From positions 12,338,001 through 12,402,000 of the forward strand of contig NC_047030.1 of the NCBI RefSeq assembly GCF_902652985.1: DNA of 64,000 nt, read 5' to 3'. The position numbers and the translations under genes were made by a program. The notes beneath the pieces were generated by a model. The model was not told the origin of the DNA. It worked only from the letters and a program-made list of their open reading frames with translations, and did no database searches. The stretch's first letter is position 1; every line of letters begins with the position of its first letter. Shown piece by piece: positions 39,701 through 54,700 of this stretch. Origin of the DNA: Pecten maximus. Lineage: Eukaryota.

Positions 39701-42700
39701 AAAGGAGATCTAGGTCTGGTTTGGGCCTCTACTAGAGGTCTAAAGCCTGAAGTGTGTGTCTGGACATCTCTTGGACTCCAGGTCCTCCAGGTCCTCCAGG
39801 TCGCGAGATCTAGATCTGTTAGGGCCTCTACTAGTGGTCTAGGGCCTGAAACAGTACCTGTCTCAGACATCTATTGGGGCTCCCTAAAGGAGATCTAGAT
39901 CTGATTTGGGGTCTCTACTAGAGGTCTAGAGCCTGAAACACCTGTCTCAGACATCTATTGGGGCTCCCTAAAGGAGATCTAGATCTGATTTGGGGTCTCT
40001 ACTAGAGGTCTAGAGCCTGAAACACCTGTCTCAGACATCTATTGGGGCTCCCTAAAGGAGATCTAGATCTGATTTGGGGTCTCTACTAGAGGTCTAGAGC
40101 CTGAAACACCTGTCTCAGACATCTATTGGGGCTCCCTAAAGGAGATATAAATCTGCTGGGGGTCTCTACTAGAGGTCCAGAGCCTGGATTGTGGCCTTTC
40201 ATCTCTTAGGGCTCCCTAAAGAAGATCTAATATATCATATGTAATGTATCTCTTGAACTGTGTGGGCACCTAATACAGATATATGGCCTAATTTCATCTA
40301 GCAATGGTATGTTTCTCTACATCTCTCCGGGGCCGACTCTGAAAGGGAACAAGGATGCACAGCGATCTCACACCTGTGTCCCTTATACCTGTATAAGGTG
40401 TTACAGGTAGACCCTTATAGAACAGAGATCTCACACCTGTGTCCCTTATACCTGTGTAAGGTGTTACAGGTAGACCCTTATAGAACAGAGATCTCACACC
40501 TGTGTCCCTTATACCTGTATAAGGTGTTACAGGTAGACCCTTATAGAACAGAGATCTCACACCTGTGTCCCTTATACCTGTGTAAGGTGTTACAGGTAGA
40601 ACCTTATAGAACAGTGAACTCACCTGCATTCATTGAGGTGTAAATGACATATAGAAGGCCCAGTAATGATGAACAATGATGTTCACATCTGCATGCACAT
40701 GGCCAACAATGATGGGCCATCTAAGGCCAACATAAACTTGTCGGACAGCCTGTCAGATCTGTCATAAATGTAGTTATCTGGTGTGTTGAAGGGCTATCAA
40801 TATTAATATAACAGAGCTTATAATAGCCAGCAGAGCTAAAGACAATAGCCAAAAGGCTGGATGTGGTACATAAACCTGGACCATCCATTGATTTCTGTGT
40901 CAAACAGGGTGTGTGTAGAACTAAGGCCTACCACTAACCTGTCCAGTCAAATAAGTCTTCTGACCTCCACAGGTTAGACAACTATACAACATTTGACCTC
41001 CAAAAAGCCAGCAACCACCTTATTCCCATTACTACTGGCCTTTTTAGGTCAATCAGCTTGTATTTGTGACCTCTGACCTCAAAAGCCAAGATGATGTACA
41101 CCTATAACCTTTGACTTCACAAGGTATAGACAACCACCTGTATCAATAAAGGTCGACCTCAAGGTCAGATAGCCATCCTGATACTGTAACCTTTGACCCT
41201 TTTCAGTTAAGATAACCCAACAGCACTCATGATTTCTGACCAGTAAATATCTGGAAAATGATATAAAGCTACAGAGATTTTGACCTATGACTGCAGAATA
41301 TCGACCATACGATGTATTTCATACACAAACAACCTAGAATTACCTTAAAAATATTTACAGATTAATTATAAGTCGATTTTCATGCAAGCTTTCCAATATT
41401 CCATGATTTTTACTATAGACGTCCATACCAAAAGCAACACACTCCAAATCAATGTACTGTTTAAAAGGGTCCTTCACTTGATATTCTGTGTAATAGCCAA
41501 TATTTAACACATTGGTTGTATAATCTCTGGTATACTAATTATATTGACTTTTAGTAAAAGCCATACAGTCAGTTTAAACAGTCAAAGTACTGTTAATGGA
41601 TGAAAAGGGTCTGATAACTTTGTAACACATAATAGTGATATAACGTATTGTCTATACTCTTTATGCTACATGTCCCTTCTCTAAGCACCTAGCGGAAATG
41701 TTATACATTAAATGGTGCTGTAAACACACAGGTACAGATAGAGACTAAGGTATCAAACTAACTTTACTGATATCCCCTCACCTGGAATATACAGGTGTAG
41801 CTACCACAATATATGTGCTTTCAGGTGTTAACGAGATTTTTTACAGTCTGAGATCAGCAGAGAGCCTATATAAGTTTATCTACATACCTGGTATATCTAC
41901 ATACTTATATTTCAGTTAACACATGCAGTTACATGTCCAGCAAAGCCGGTCTGTATCATATATCACACACATTGCTTTCTATACACGAAGTTACAAAGTT
42001 ACCTACAAAATGTCTACATTCTCTGGATGGACCATGTTACTAACATGTCAAACACTAACTAATCCCCCAATCTATACATTTCCTAACGGGTTTAATTTAA
42101 AACTAAATGTATGTGAGAATCCCAAGAAGGCAGATAGGCTTAAAAGTCAGACTTGTGAATTTGGTTTTTTTTTAACATTTTCCCTTCTAAACATTAACAT
42201 CCTCTGGTACAATTTCCTAGCACACATTGGTAGAACTTTTCTTTTACATCGATCTTTATCGCAAGCACATTGTAAAAGTCAGTGATTGATTTGGTAACGA
42301 AATGTAACATCTTTTACTAACTTATATCAGAATACCTCACGTATGCACTCTAATGAAATTAAAACATTTATTTTTCAGCAACTGCGAAACAAATTATACT
42401 ATGATTCACTCTTGTAGGTCTGGATAGAAATGTGTAAGGATTCTAAGACATAAGGAAACTGAAGTACCCAGAGAAAACCCATATAGACAGGCGACCCCAT
42501 ACCTTCTGATGTCTGATCAGGGAATCAAACCCCAGTCCCCTATAGGTGAAAGGCGAATATGTCACCCAACCAATCTAATCCTACATCACTGCACCCTTGG
42601 TGATATATTGGTATTTCTGACAAACTGCAGATCTATCATATAATACACTACTCTGGATATCCATTGATAAATACATAAATGGCAAGTCGATGCTTGTGGA

Positions 42701-45700
42701 AAGTCAGAATACTGAATGTTTAATATGTATACCAGGCACATGTGTACAAGTGTTGGGATATACTGTAGAATTACAGCGATATGTAAACATGCAATGCACT
42801 ACACAACACGGGTCTATACATGTACCAGTGTGGATTTCTTCTCCAAAAAAGTGTCCTAGGCTCGGTTATAACCGGAACAAGGACGTTAAGCCCCATCAAT
42901 CAATCAATCAATTTCTCCAAATATTACTTCCCTCCCACTTCTCAGAGTAAAATATGGATATAAACATAATCATACAACAGTGATGAAGGGAGGGGTCAGA
43001 AAGAATATCTCATAGCTTACACCAGGAGGGGCAAACATTACCTTGCCCCTGTGAGGGGATTAAGTCCAACCCTTTACACATCCCTGAGAGGGCTGTTTGT
43101 GTCCTTGGCTAGTGCCTAACTGTACACCCCAGTCTCCTATGTCTATAGACATACGGGATTGCCTGTCTCTGATACACATGTCGGCCCTTTAATGCTCTGT
43201 GTTCATACCTTCCCAATACACCAGTGTCTATAATGACATAACAATGGTGGGTCCATTCAGACCACACTGGACTATACCCACAGACATGTATCAGTCTAGA
43301 TAATCCCCCTAAACCATCCAACACACCTACCATCAACAATTCACACAATACTGGACGAAACAGGCAGAAAACAGGTAAAAATAGTCTACAAGCTTAGTAT
43401 ACACAGGGAGCAGCACTTGACAGACAGTATTCTTCTGTCCTAGAGAAGAAAACCCAGGCAACCAACAAATATCTCCCCCAAACAATGGACAAACAGCTCA
43501 CACTTACTCAGTACCGGCCCTGGACACTGCTACATGCTTGTAAAAGTGGTGTTACACGACTTGAAAGTAGTCAAGTGAACGGCTTCCGTTCAATTCAATA
43601 TGGCGGCCTGTTTATAAGAGAGTGTATACAGACAGGCCTGTACGGTATAAAGCCTCACTACCAAACCCAGTGTACACACTGGTGGGTAAGCCTGGCTGTG
43701 TTACACTCGCAAGGCTGGAGGAGAGGGGACACATACGTTATAGTACAACATGCACTATGCACATAGATATTAACATAGCCAATGCACTTACAGACAAAAG
43801 GTGCACCCTCCGATACCATGGGGATATCTGCAAGGGGGTGAGGACAAGGTTACGGGATACACCTAGAGATGAGACACTCGGTGATGTATTCTAATAGCCC
43901 CAGCCCCGGGCACACCACTATAATGTTGAACATCGACTATCAAACAATTGGTATACCCATTGGTATCAGACTTTATTTAAACAAAGCGAAGGCACACCTA
44001 GACTGGTTCAGCAGACATTGTTCAACATAGAGGACTTAAACTGCTCAGAGTATTTGATAGAGCAGATTGATACCATTCGAGTACCAGAGCAGATTCTGTG
44101 AACAACAGCATTAGAGTGTGAGATCAAGTTCTCCAGACAACACCATTAGAGTGTGAGAGATGATTCTCCGGACAACACCATGAGAGTGTGAGAGATGATT
44201 CTCCAGACAACACCATTAGAGTTTGAGAGCAGATTCTCTAGACAACACCATTAGATTGTGAGAGATGATGCTCCAGACAACACCATTAGAGTGTGAGAGA
44301 TGATTCTCCAGATAACACCATTAGAGTGTGAGAGATGATTCGTCGGACAACACCATTAGAGTTTGAGAGCAGATTCTCTAGACAACACCATTAGATTGTG
44401 AGAGATGACTCTTCAGACAACACCATTAGAGTGTGAGATCTGATTCTCCAGACAACACCATTAGAGTGTGAGATCTGATTCTCCAGACAACACCATTAGA
44501 GTGTGAGAGATGATTCACCAGACAACACCATTAGAGTGTGAGAGATGATTCACCAGACAACACCATTAGATTGTGAGAGATGATTCTCCATGGCAGACAA
44601 CACCATTAGAGTTTGAGAGCAGATTCTCCAGACAACACCATTAGAGTGTGAGAGATGATTCTCCAGACAACACCATTAGAGTGTGAGAGGTGATTCTCCA
44701 GACAACACGATTAGAGTGCGAGAGATGGTTCTCCAGACAACACCATTAGAGTGTGAGAGATGATTCTCCAGACAACACCATTAGAGTGTGAGAGATGATT
44801 CTCCAGACAACACCATTAGAGTGCGAGAGATGATTCTCCAGATGACACCATTAGAGTGTGAGAGATGATTCTCCAGACAACACCATTAGAGTGTGAGAGA
44901 TGATTCTCCGGACAACACCATGAGAGTGTGAGAGATGATTCTCCAGACAACACCATTAGAGTGTGAGAGATGATTCTCCAGACAACACCATGAGAGTGCG
45001 AGAGATGATTCTCCAGACAACACCATTAGAGTGTGAGAGATGATGCTCCAGACAACACCATTAGAGTGTGAGAGATGATGCTCCAGACAACACCATGAGA
45101 GTGTGAGAGTTGATTCTCCAGACAACACCATTAGAGTGTGAGAGATGATTCTCCAGACAACACTATGAGAGTGTAATATTAAATGGGATATTGTTTTTTG
45201 ACTGTATCGTCTGTCAAGAGCCATGTAATGGTCATTATGATGAGGAATCCCCCTGTAGTAGCTTGTAGCTACATCACTGAACCAGAGGCCTTTTATATAC
45301 TATCACGATTAAATGGGGGTAATTTGTCTTGTCAAAGGACAAAATATGCCCATAATTTCAGCATTAAATGCAAAATGCCCTGGAAAGTGATAGAAAAACA
45401 TGCCTGGATGACCCTCTACTGACCGGCTATCGATTTCAGGGATTCATGTTTGCTTACAGTTCAGAAACAGAATAAAAACAGGGGTACTCAAAGTTTCTTA
45501 GTTTATAAAATACCTAATTGTACTAATATCAAGCAATACGCCTATTCTTATTAATTTACTCTGATCTACTTTGTTTTTTGCCACTCTTTTTAATATACTT
45601 TTTTAATGGACTCAAATTCATCATCCAATAGGGTGGGATCGGAAAGACTATAACTCTATAAACCAAACCCCAGCTTTGAACAACTTTATCGATAGTGGTA

Positions 45701-48700
45701 GCATGGGCTTACTATACCAGATAATTAATGTCCCTCTTATAAAGTAATTTAACCCCACAACTACTTTATGTATACATCTTGCAGACAAAGTTTCATGAAA
45801 ATAGGTTGGGAAAGTGAAGGGTCCTAACAAACGCCTGTCTGTCAAACGTCACCATTTACCAGGGTTACAGAAGTATGGATGGACAGCCTTTGTGCAGCAT
45901 ATTTTCCATCTAGAGACGGACAGACACCCCACTTCCAGTACACCATGTTTACAGATGGACGGACAGACACCCCACTTCCAGTTCAACATGTTTACAGATG
46001 GACGGACAGACACCCCACTTCCAGTTCAACATGTATACAGATGGACGGACAGACACCCCACTTCCAGTACACCATGTTTACAGATGGACAGACAGACACC
46101 CCATTTCCAGTTCAACATGTATACAGATGGACGGACAGACACCCCACTTCCAGTACACCATGTTTACAGATGGACAGACAGACACCCCATTTCCAGTACA
46201 TCATGTTTACAGATGGACGGACAGACACCCCACTTCCAGTACACCATGTTTACAGATGGACGGACAGACACCCCATTTCCAGTTCAACATGTATACAGAT
46301 GGACGGACAGACACCCCACTTCCAGTACATCATGTTTACAGATGGACAGACAGACACCCCACTTCCAGTACACCATGTTTACAGATGGACGGACAGACAC
46401 CCCACTTCCAGTTCAACATGTATACAGATGGACGGACAGACACCCCACTTCCAGTACACCATGTTTACAGATGGACAGACAGACACCCCATTTCCAGTAC
46501 ATCATGTTTACAGATGGACGGACAGACACCCCACTTCCAGTACACCATGTTTACAGATGGACGGACAGACACCCCACTTCCAGTATCCCATGTTTAAAGA
46601 TGGACAGACAGACACCCCATTTCCAGTACATCATGTTTACAGATGGACAGACAGACACCCCATTTCCAGTACATCATGTTTACAGATGGACGGACAGACA
46701 CCCCACTTCCAGTATCCCATGTTTACAGATGGACAGACAGACACCCCACTTTCCAGTACACCATGTTTACAGATGGACGGACAGACACCCCACTTCCAGT
46801 ACACCATGTTTACAGATGGACAGACAGACACCCCACTTCCAGTACACCATGTTTACAGATAGACAGACAGACACCCCACTTCCAGTACACCATGTTTACA
46901 GATGGACGGACAGACACCCCATTTCCAGTACACCATGTTTACAGATGGACGGACAGACACCCCACTTCCAGTACACCATGTTTACAGATGGACGGACGGA
47001 CACCCCACCATGTTTACAGATGGACAAACAGACACCCTATCATGTTTACAGACGGATTGACAGACACCCCACACCCAGTGTTGTATCTTCTGTTCAAAGA
47101 TTACCTTAATTCTACAGTGTACTTTCGTTAGGGTGGTCAGTTGATGCAGTGGTAGTACATTCGGTTTCTCTTCCTGAGTGGTGCCTAAAAAGGTATTGGG
47201 GTCACTTTCCTGTAGCATGTGGGTTTTCTAGTACTCCATATTGTTGATATCATATATATTACAGGTATTATTGATATAATTGTCAAGTAGTAATAACGAC
47301 AGTACAGACTAGTAAATTGTCGAATTTTCGAGGCAATCCTCCCCTTTATCAAGACACAGGTAAATTACAAACGATCACATATAAACATAGAACATGTATT
47401 ATTGATATACGTATATATATATTACCAGTTTCACAAATACATAAGATATTGCTGAATATTGATGTTAATCCTTCTAATTAGTTCATTGCCATTTTGCTCT
47501 GGAAAGAAATCCCAAGCAAGCCATCCAAATAAGGAAGTAGTGTGTGGAATTTCTAGTTTGGTTGGTCCACTAGAACTTCAGTTATTGCCGGGATACTAAA
47601 TTTCTTAGCATTTGACCCTTTTGATCCAAAAAGAAGAAGCCCTAAGAAACCATTCCCAATAAGAAAGCAATGTATGGAGTTTGAGTTTGATAGGTCTACT
47701 TGAACCTGATAGAGTTATATCGTCCATTAACCAATATTCTATTTATAGTAATAGTAACCTCGATCTCCGACTCTTTGAGCCAGATGGAAACTCATAAGGA
47801 TGTAGTATGTGAAGCTTGAGTTTGATTAGTCCTCTTCAACTATTTCCCAGAAATGGTCCCCTTCTGATCTTCAATCAGGGATAATAAAAAGTTGTTATCA
47901 CATGTTATTGTGACTTATAATGATATTGTGTTGTTGATGGCTGACAATAGTTAATTGTTAATAGAGGAATTGAAGAATTATTTTAGTATATTGAATATTT
48001 TTAACAAATTACTATCGGGCCATGGCACTCACAATACTCTGAATGCCATCACGATTTGCTATGGTTAAGATGTATTATGGAAAATAATTTAAGAATAACA
48101 TCACAAAATACTTAATGTCATTTGAATAATTTCCTATTTACTTAACATTTCGCTATTAGTTCCATATATAAAATTGACAGGTGCTGTTTTGTCCTGAAGA
48201 CAAGTTGTTTGACATAGTTGATAAATCACCTTGTCATCATTATAAACCAAAAATGATTTCCAATAAACGATAATCAAAGCCTTACTTTCAGGTCGACAGA
48301 AAGTCATCAAGCACCAAGAGGTTTATTGTGCCCCGTGATTTATGAGCTACAAACAAGACTCCGGGCTATCAGCACTTCTCCACCATCAGAAAAATGTGAT
48401 TTTTTTCATTTTATCTTGGTAGAAACCATATCACAGAAGACCTTAGGTACTATTCTATATTCCTGTAATAATCCTACTGACGGCCTCTAGGTGTAGCTTT
48501 CATCACCTCCTAGTTGTCAAGGACAGACAGATGATTACAGTCGTCCCTACTGTAAGCATCAATAACAGCGACACCTTCATAAAAATAACTAAAAAACAGA
48601 AATGATATATAAACTTGGAAAATGGCTCCTTTTGACTTAGAGACTGAAATAGTTATTACATATTTTCCAATAAAAAATCTATAAACTTTGGAAGAGAGAA

Positions 48701-51700
48701 CATTAAACAAAGAAAGGACTCTGTCTAAGTTCTATTGGGTCTTATTACACTGCTTACAAAGTCTAGTAATGTTCTGGTGATAAAAACCTCGCATGAAGAC
48801 TATCCCAGATATATACACAGACGCCATATTTGCATGATGGATATGGAGTTCATGTTCTGCACGACAAAAAAATAGTGTGTAATATCTGCATGACATACGT
48901 AGATGTCATGTTCTGTGTGACGCAATTACACATTCTGCAAGACACACAACTAGATACGTCATGTTTTGCTCAACATAATTATTATGGACACATTCTGCAT
49001 GACACACAACTAAATATGTCATATTCTGCTCAACACACATTAAGGACACATGGAATCACATGTAAAAATCTGTCCAATCAAAACTATTCAATCAAAAAGA
49101 TCACCACTAAAAAAATCTGTTAAAATCCCAGTCACCTACAGCCATCCAGTTTGTAATATTTAACGTCCCATCAACAGCTAAAGTCATTTAGGACGGCCTC
49201 TGTGTGTGCAAGATGGTAGAGATGCACATGTATGTGTGTATTAGGAGGCTGCAGCATGTTCATGTTTGTTAGTGCCAGACTGATGGCAGCTTTAAAGTGC
49301 TATCTCACTGAATCACACTGCCGAAGACATCCAGCAGGACACCTCACCCTGCCAGATTATACACTCCCAAAATACTAAGCATTAAGCAGGAGATGTAACT
49401 ATCATTGTTATACTCTGGTATTGTTACAACTCTAACTACCATTGTCATACTCTGGTATTGTTACAACCCTAACTACCATTGTTATACTCTGGTATTGTTA
49501 CAACCCTAACTACCATTGTCATACTCTGGTATTGTTACAACCCTAACTACCATTGTTATACTCTGGTACTGTTACAACCCTAACTACCATTGTTATACTC
49601 TGGTACTGTTACAACCCTAACTACCACTTTTATACTCTGGTATTGTTACAACCCTAACTACCATTGTTATACTCTGGTATTGTTACAACCCTAACTATCA
49701 TTGTTATACTCTGGTACTGTTACAACCCTAACTACCATTGTTATACTCTGGTACTGTTACAACCCTAACTACCACTTTTATACTCTGGTATTGTTACAAC
49801 CCTAACTACCATTGTTATACTCTGGTATTGTTACAACCCTAACTACCATTGTTATACTCTGGTATTGTTACAACCCTAACTATCATTGTTATACTCTGGT
49901 ATTGTTACAACCCTAACTACCACTTTTATACTCTGGTATTGTTACAACCCTAACTACCATTGTTATACTCTGGTACTGTTACAACCCTAACTACCATTGT
50001 TATACTCTGGTATTGTTACAACCCTAACTATCATTGTTATACTCTGGTATTGTTACAACCCTAACTACCACTTTTATACTCTGGTATTGTTACAACCCTA
50101 ACTACCATTGTTATACTCTGGTACTGTTACAACCCTAACTACCATTGTTATACTCTGGTACTGTTACAACCCTAACTACCATTGTTATACTCTGGTATTG
50201 TTACAACCCTAACTACCATTGTTATACTCTGGTATTGTTACAACCCTAACTATCATTGTTATACTCTGGTATTGTTACAACCCTAACTACCATTGTTATA
50301 CTCTGGTATTGTTACAACCCTAACTATCATTGTTATACTCTGGTATTGTTACAACCCTAACTACCATTGTTATACTCTGGTATTGTTACAACCCTAACTA
50401 CCACTTTTATACTCTGGTATTGTTACAACCCTAACTACCATTGTTATACTCTGGTACTGTTACAACCCTAACTACCATTGTTATACTCTGGTACTGTTAC
50501 AACCCTAACTACCATTGTTATACTCTGGTACTGTTACAACCCTAACTACCATTGTTATACTCTGGTATTGTTACAACCCTAACTACCATTGTTATACTCT
50601 GGTATTGTTACAACCCTAACTACCATTGTTATACTCTGGTACTGTTACAACCCTAACTACCATTGTTATACTCTGGTACTGTTACAACCCTAACTACCAT
50701 TGTTATACTCTGGTATTGTTACAACCCTAACTACCACTTTTATACTCTGGTACTGTTACAACCCTAACTACCACTTTTATACTCTGGTATTGTTACAACC
50801 CTAACTACCATTGTTATACTCTGGTATTGTTACAACCCTAACTATCATTGTTATACTCTGGTATTGTTACAACCCTAACTACCATTGTTATACTCTGGTA
50901 TTGTTACAACCCTAACTACCACTTTTATACTCTGGTACTGTTACAACCCTAACTACCATTGTTATACTCTGGTACTGTTACAACTCTCTTAGTCCCAGAA
51001 TAAAATATATAATTATGTAATGCACATCTAAGGACGAACAGATAAAAATACTTAATTGTTAAAAGAAAGACAACAAATTTATCTTATGGACAAAAAATAT
51101 CTGAATAGCCCAGCATCCGACGAAGGTAACTTCTAATTCTCAATATATGTGTGAAATCTGGATAAATCCATTATTAATTGTATTTCTAGTCAATACCACA
51201 AAAAAAAAACTATTTCCATAGCATAGGGGGGGGGGGGATCAAGAACTTTTATGTGATTGTAAATCAGAAATTCTGTTGAAAATAGAACTGCTAGTCACAA
51301 ATAATTTATTTAATTCTGATCTATGTTGTATATTTGATTCCGGTGTAGAGGATCTTAATTGAATCCTGTTCTGGTAATAAACTTTAATACCGCTACTTAC
51401 CATCTTACTGGCTATTAATTTGAACATTTTAGGTTTGTTATCGATTTCAGATTGCAATCTATTATACCAATATTTATGATTTTAATAAATCTGGATTGTT
51501 CACAATTCTCATATGTCAAACTGGAGTGTTTAGCAAGCTTATCATAATGTTTTTTCAAACTTTTACTTTTTCTTTAATTCAAAATCTTTCATCAAATTGT
51601 TCCTGTCAATGTTTACAATTAATTCAAACAAGTTTTAGCAACTGTTTGAACTGGGTCAGAATGTGAGTGCCTGATTATCTTTTGCTTGATGTCAGATCTG

Positions 51701-54700
51701 GAATCTACAACAGCATTATCAACAGTCAAAACAACCAATCTGATGCTAATTGTTTTAGTAAAACAAGGATACCTTTTTATAACAATGCTACGAGCTGTTT
51801 ATCATTACCTTTTAGAATTTGCTGTTGGATATTTATATCATTTACATAAAAAGTTCCCCATATTATGAACACATTTACCTTTTCAGCAAAAAGTGTCTGT
51901 TTTAGCATCAAGGAACATCTTTGATTATCTTTGTATTTGAGGTGTTGGAAGATCTTTTTCATTTTACTACAGATATTTGATAATGCTTTGCATTTATCTA
52001 TTGATTTTATTTTATTTTTCACATAAACGCATGTTGATTGAATTTTGTTTTTGAGTTGTCCTGAATACAAAAGTCTTGAAAAACAAAACCTATTTGTTTG
52101 CCAAAGATAGAGCTAGAGGAAATTTGAAATCTACCAGACCATTTTACAAGAGTTGCTTCCCTTCCATCCTAAAACGAATCCTGTACTTCAGCCGTCCTCA
52201 GACAAAGCTATGATTGACAGATGGTTACAGGTCATGTGACTAGCACGAGTCCACGGAGACAGCTATCACCATGTAAATTATAGAATGACATTAAGTGATT
52301 AGTGTAATTGGGTATGTTAGGAGCCATCACACCCAACAGACAGATGTTTCTGTCCACGTGTCTATAAACACGGCTGTGCACATGTTTAAGGTTTAACTCT
52401 ACTTTTATCTAACAAATTTGTCAACAAATCTCTTCTCTGAATGTTCTCCAACAGTTTATAGCTATATCAATGTTACCAGTCTAAACATCATACATTAAAA
52501 TAACAGTGTATATATCTATAAAATATTACCTTTGTTTAGCAAAACTTTTATATTATTATGTTTTATGAAGTTTATTTCATACTAATATGCATTCAAGTTG
52601 TACCAATAGTTACATAATTAAAAAAAACTTACATTTTAACTGCATAATATGTTTATTAAAAATCTAAAGGGAGCCCATGTATAACGTACATGTCTACAGG
52701 CTAAATAATAAAATATTTATCGCTGACGAAATAACTGAGAGACCTCTGTGTATAGTGGGGATCTGATACCTATATATTAACAGCTATCAACAATGGGATG
52801 CCATTTATGCCTGTACCAGGGTGTTTTATTGTCAACAATAGCTGATGTGGGGAAGATAACAGATATTGGACAGATCTGACAGGGTGACAGCTTGACACTA
52901 CTGCATACATAATACATTATGTTATAGAATATGTATCAAATTAAACACAATTAAAAAAATAAACAAAATAAAACTTGAAAAAAAAATGAAAAAAATTCAG
53001 TGAATGGTTTCTGTTACAACGTTTATAAAACAAACCAATTGGTGTCTGTTACTGAAACGTCTTCTATCATTAAAGCTGCCTTTTAAATATTATGAAGTTA
53101 TGAACCTTTATAATATATTGTATTAAATTACATAAAATGTACTAGTGTCATTTCATGGTTCTATAATGAATATTGTTTTATTTAGATATCAAATTTGTGT
53201 CAAATTTTGTATAAATTATTTCCTTTATTAAACATTTTATCTTCATTTTAAGTCCAATTTTCTCCATAAATCTCCTTGAACACACATCTTAATCACATTT
53301 CAAATATTACAGCTCTTTCTCGGCAATGCTAAAATTTTAAACAAGCAAGCAGATGTGTTAAGTGGCAATATTAAAATGTATGACCATTTCTTCCAGTGAA
53401 ATTGCTGTCAGTTTCGGAGTGTTTTACACTAATTTGATAATGTATTTTGAGGAATGATATCTGTGGATTGGTTGTGTTATACTGATAATTGCTCTAATGT
53501 TGGTTTGATACTGTTCTGTTTAACCTCTACAGTCGAGACGTTTACCAACAATTAACACACAAGAACACACCAGAAAACAAAAAGTGCCTCTTGGAGGGTA
53601 TTAATAGCACACTGTGAATGCAAATGTTATCGCGGGCCGCCAGCGTCAACTTGTCACCCAACCTGGCGTACCTCGCACCACAGTGATGTAGTGCCCTGCC
53701 CCCTGGTGATGGAACGCAGCGCTACGCAGACATTGTCGATGACACACACACCAAACACAAAACAAAGACGCTAATTTTACTATTTTTCTAGCATCCCATC
53801 AAATTGACAGGAGGAAGTGTGTATTGATTAGTCCAATCCACTTCTATCATGTACAAATTACTCCTAACCGCATGTACAGTGACGATTGGATATAGGGAGC
53901 ATGTATACACTGATAACAAACGCAGGCAGGACTCAGAGTCCCCAGGGACGTGCTATAAACTCCACACCAGAGATACGTTTGTATTGGACCAAGTCGCTCG
54001 CCTCACCAGCGCTTGTCACTGACACTTCCTGTCTGAGTGAATCAATAGAGACTGGCAAACACAATGCTAGCGGACCTGGCTTTTTGGTATGTTTAACTGT
54101 GTTTAAAGTGACAAGATATTTTGTGATTGGCTGACCATCAAGTCTGTGGAGAATGTGGTGGCCGTCATCATTACTGATCAATAGACCTCTACCGTCGTAA
54201 ACTGCCGGGCCATCAAGTCGTGGCGGGTGTAAATCTGACATTGTTTCTCTAATACCAGTTTCTGATTGGCCGACCATCATACAAGTTCAAAAATTGACAT
54301 TGTCTTGTCGTCTGACGGAGAAACGGTATGTTTTATCGGAGCTACTGGAAGCTGCTGCCTGCTGTATTTACACAAGCTGGTGATAACTGACCCCGTATTC
54401 CATTGGACAGTATGATGTACCCTGTTTTTACCCTGTATGTACCCTGTATGTACCCCACTCAGTGAAGAGACAACTACCGGCTTTTATAACAATATGATAA
54501 GATTGTTGCTGAAACACAATTATATAAAAATCACGAGTCAGATGCCCTTAATATTGGCCAATAAATCGCAGTAAAGCGCACTTCACCGACACAGAAAAGT
54601 CGATAAGGACCCGAGAGGTGGCAACCTTGGTATAAAGTAAAGCTGCTTGGTCTAGCTGTGCATATACAGGCGTCCGGGCATGGTGCTGAGGAGATGCTAG

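Noticed and set aside
45814-47131. 431/327/199/162-aa ORFs
   Set aside because: Translations of a 43-bp minisatellite in all frames, antisense within an intron.
49397-50986. Interstitial telomere
   Set aside because: Only one CCCTAA per 37-bp unit, not tandem TTAGGG.
51239-52070. Lys/Asn-rich minus-strand ORFs
   Set aside because: No recognisable domain or phase-compatible splice sites; AT-rich chance ORFs or an unidentifiable relic.
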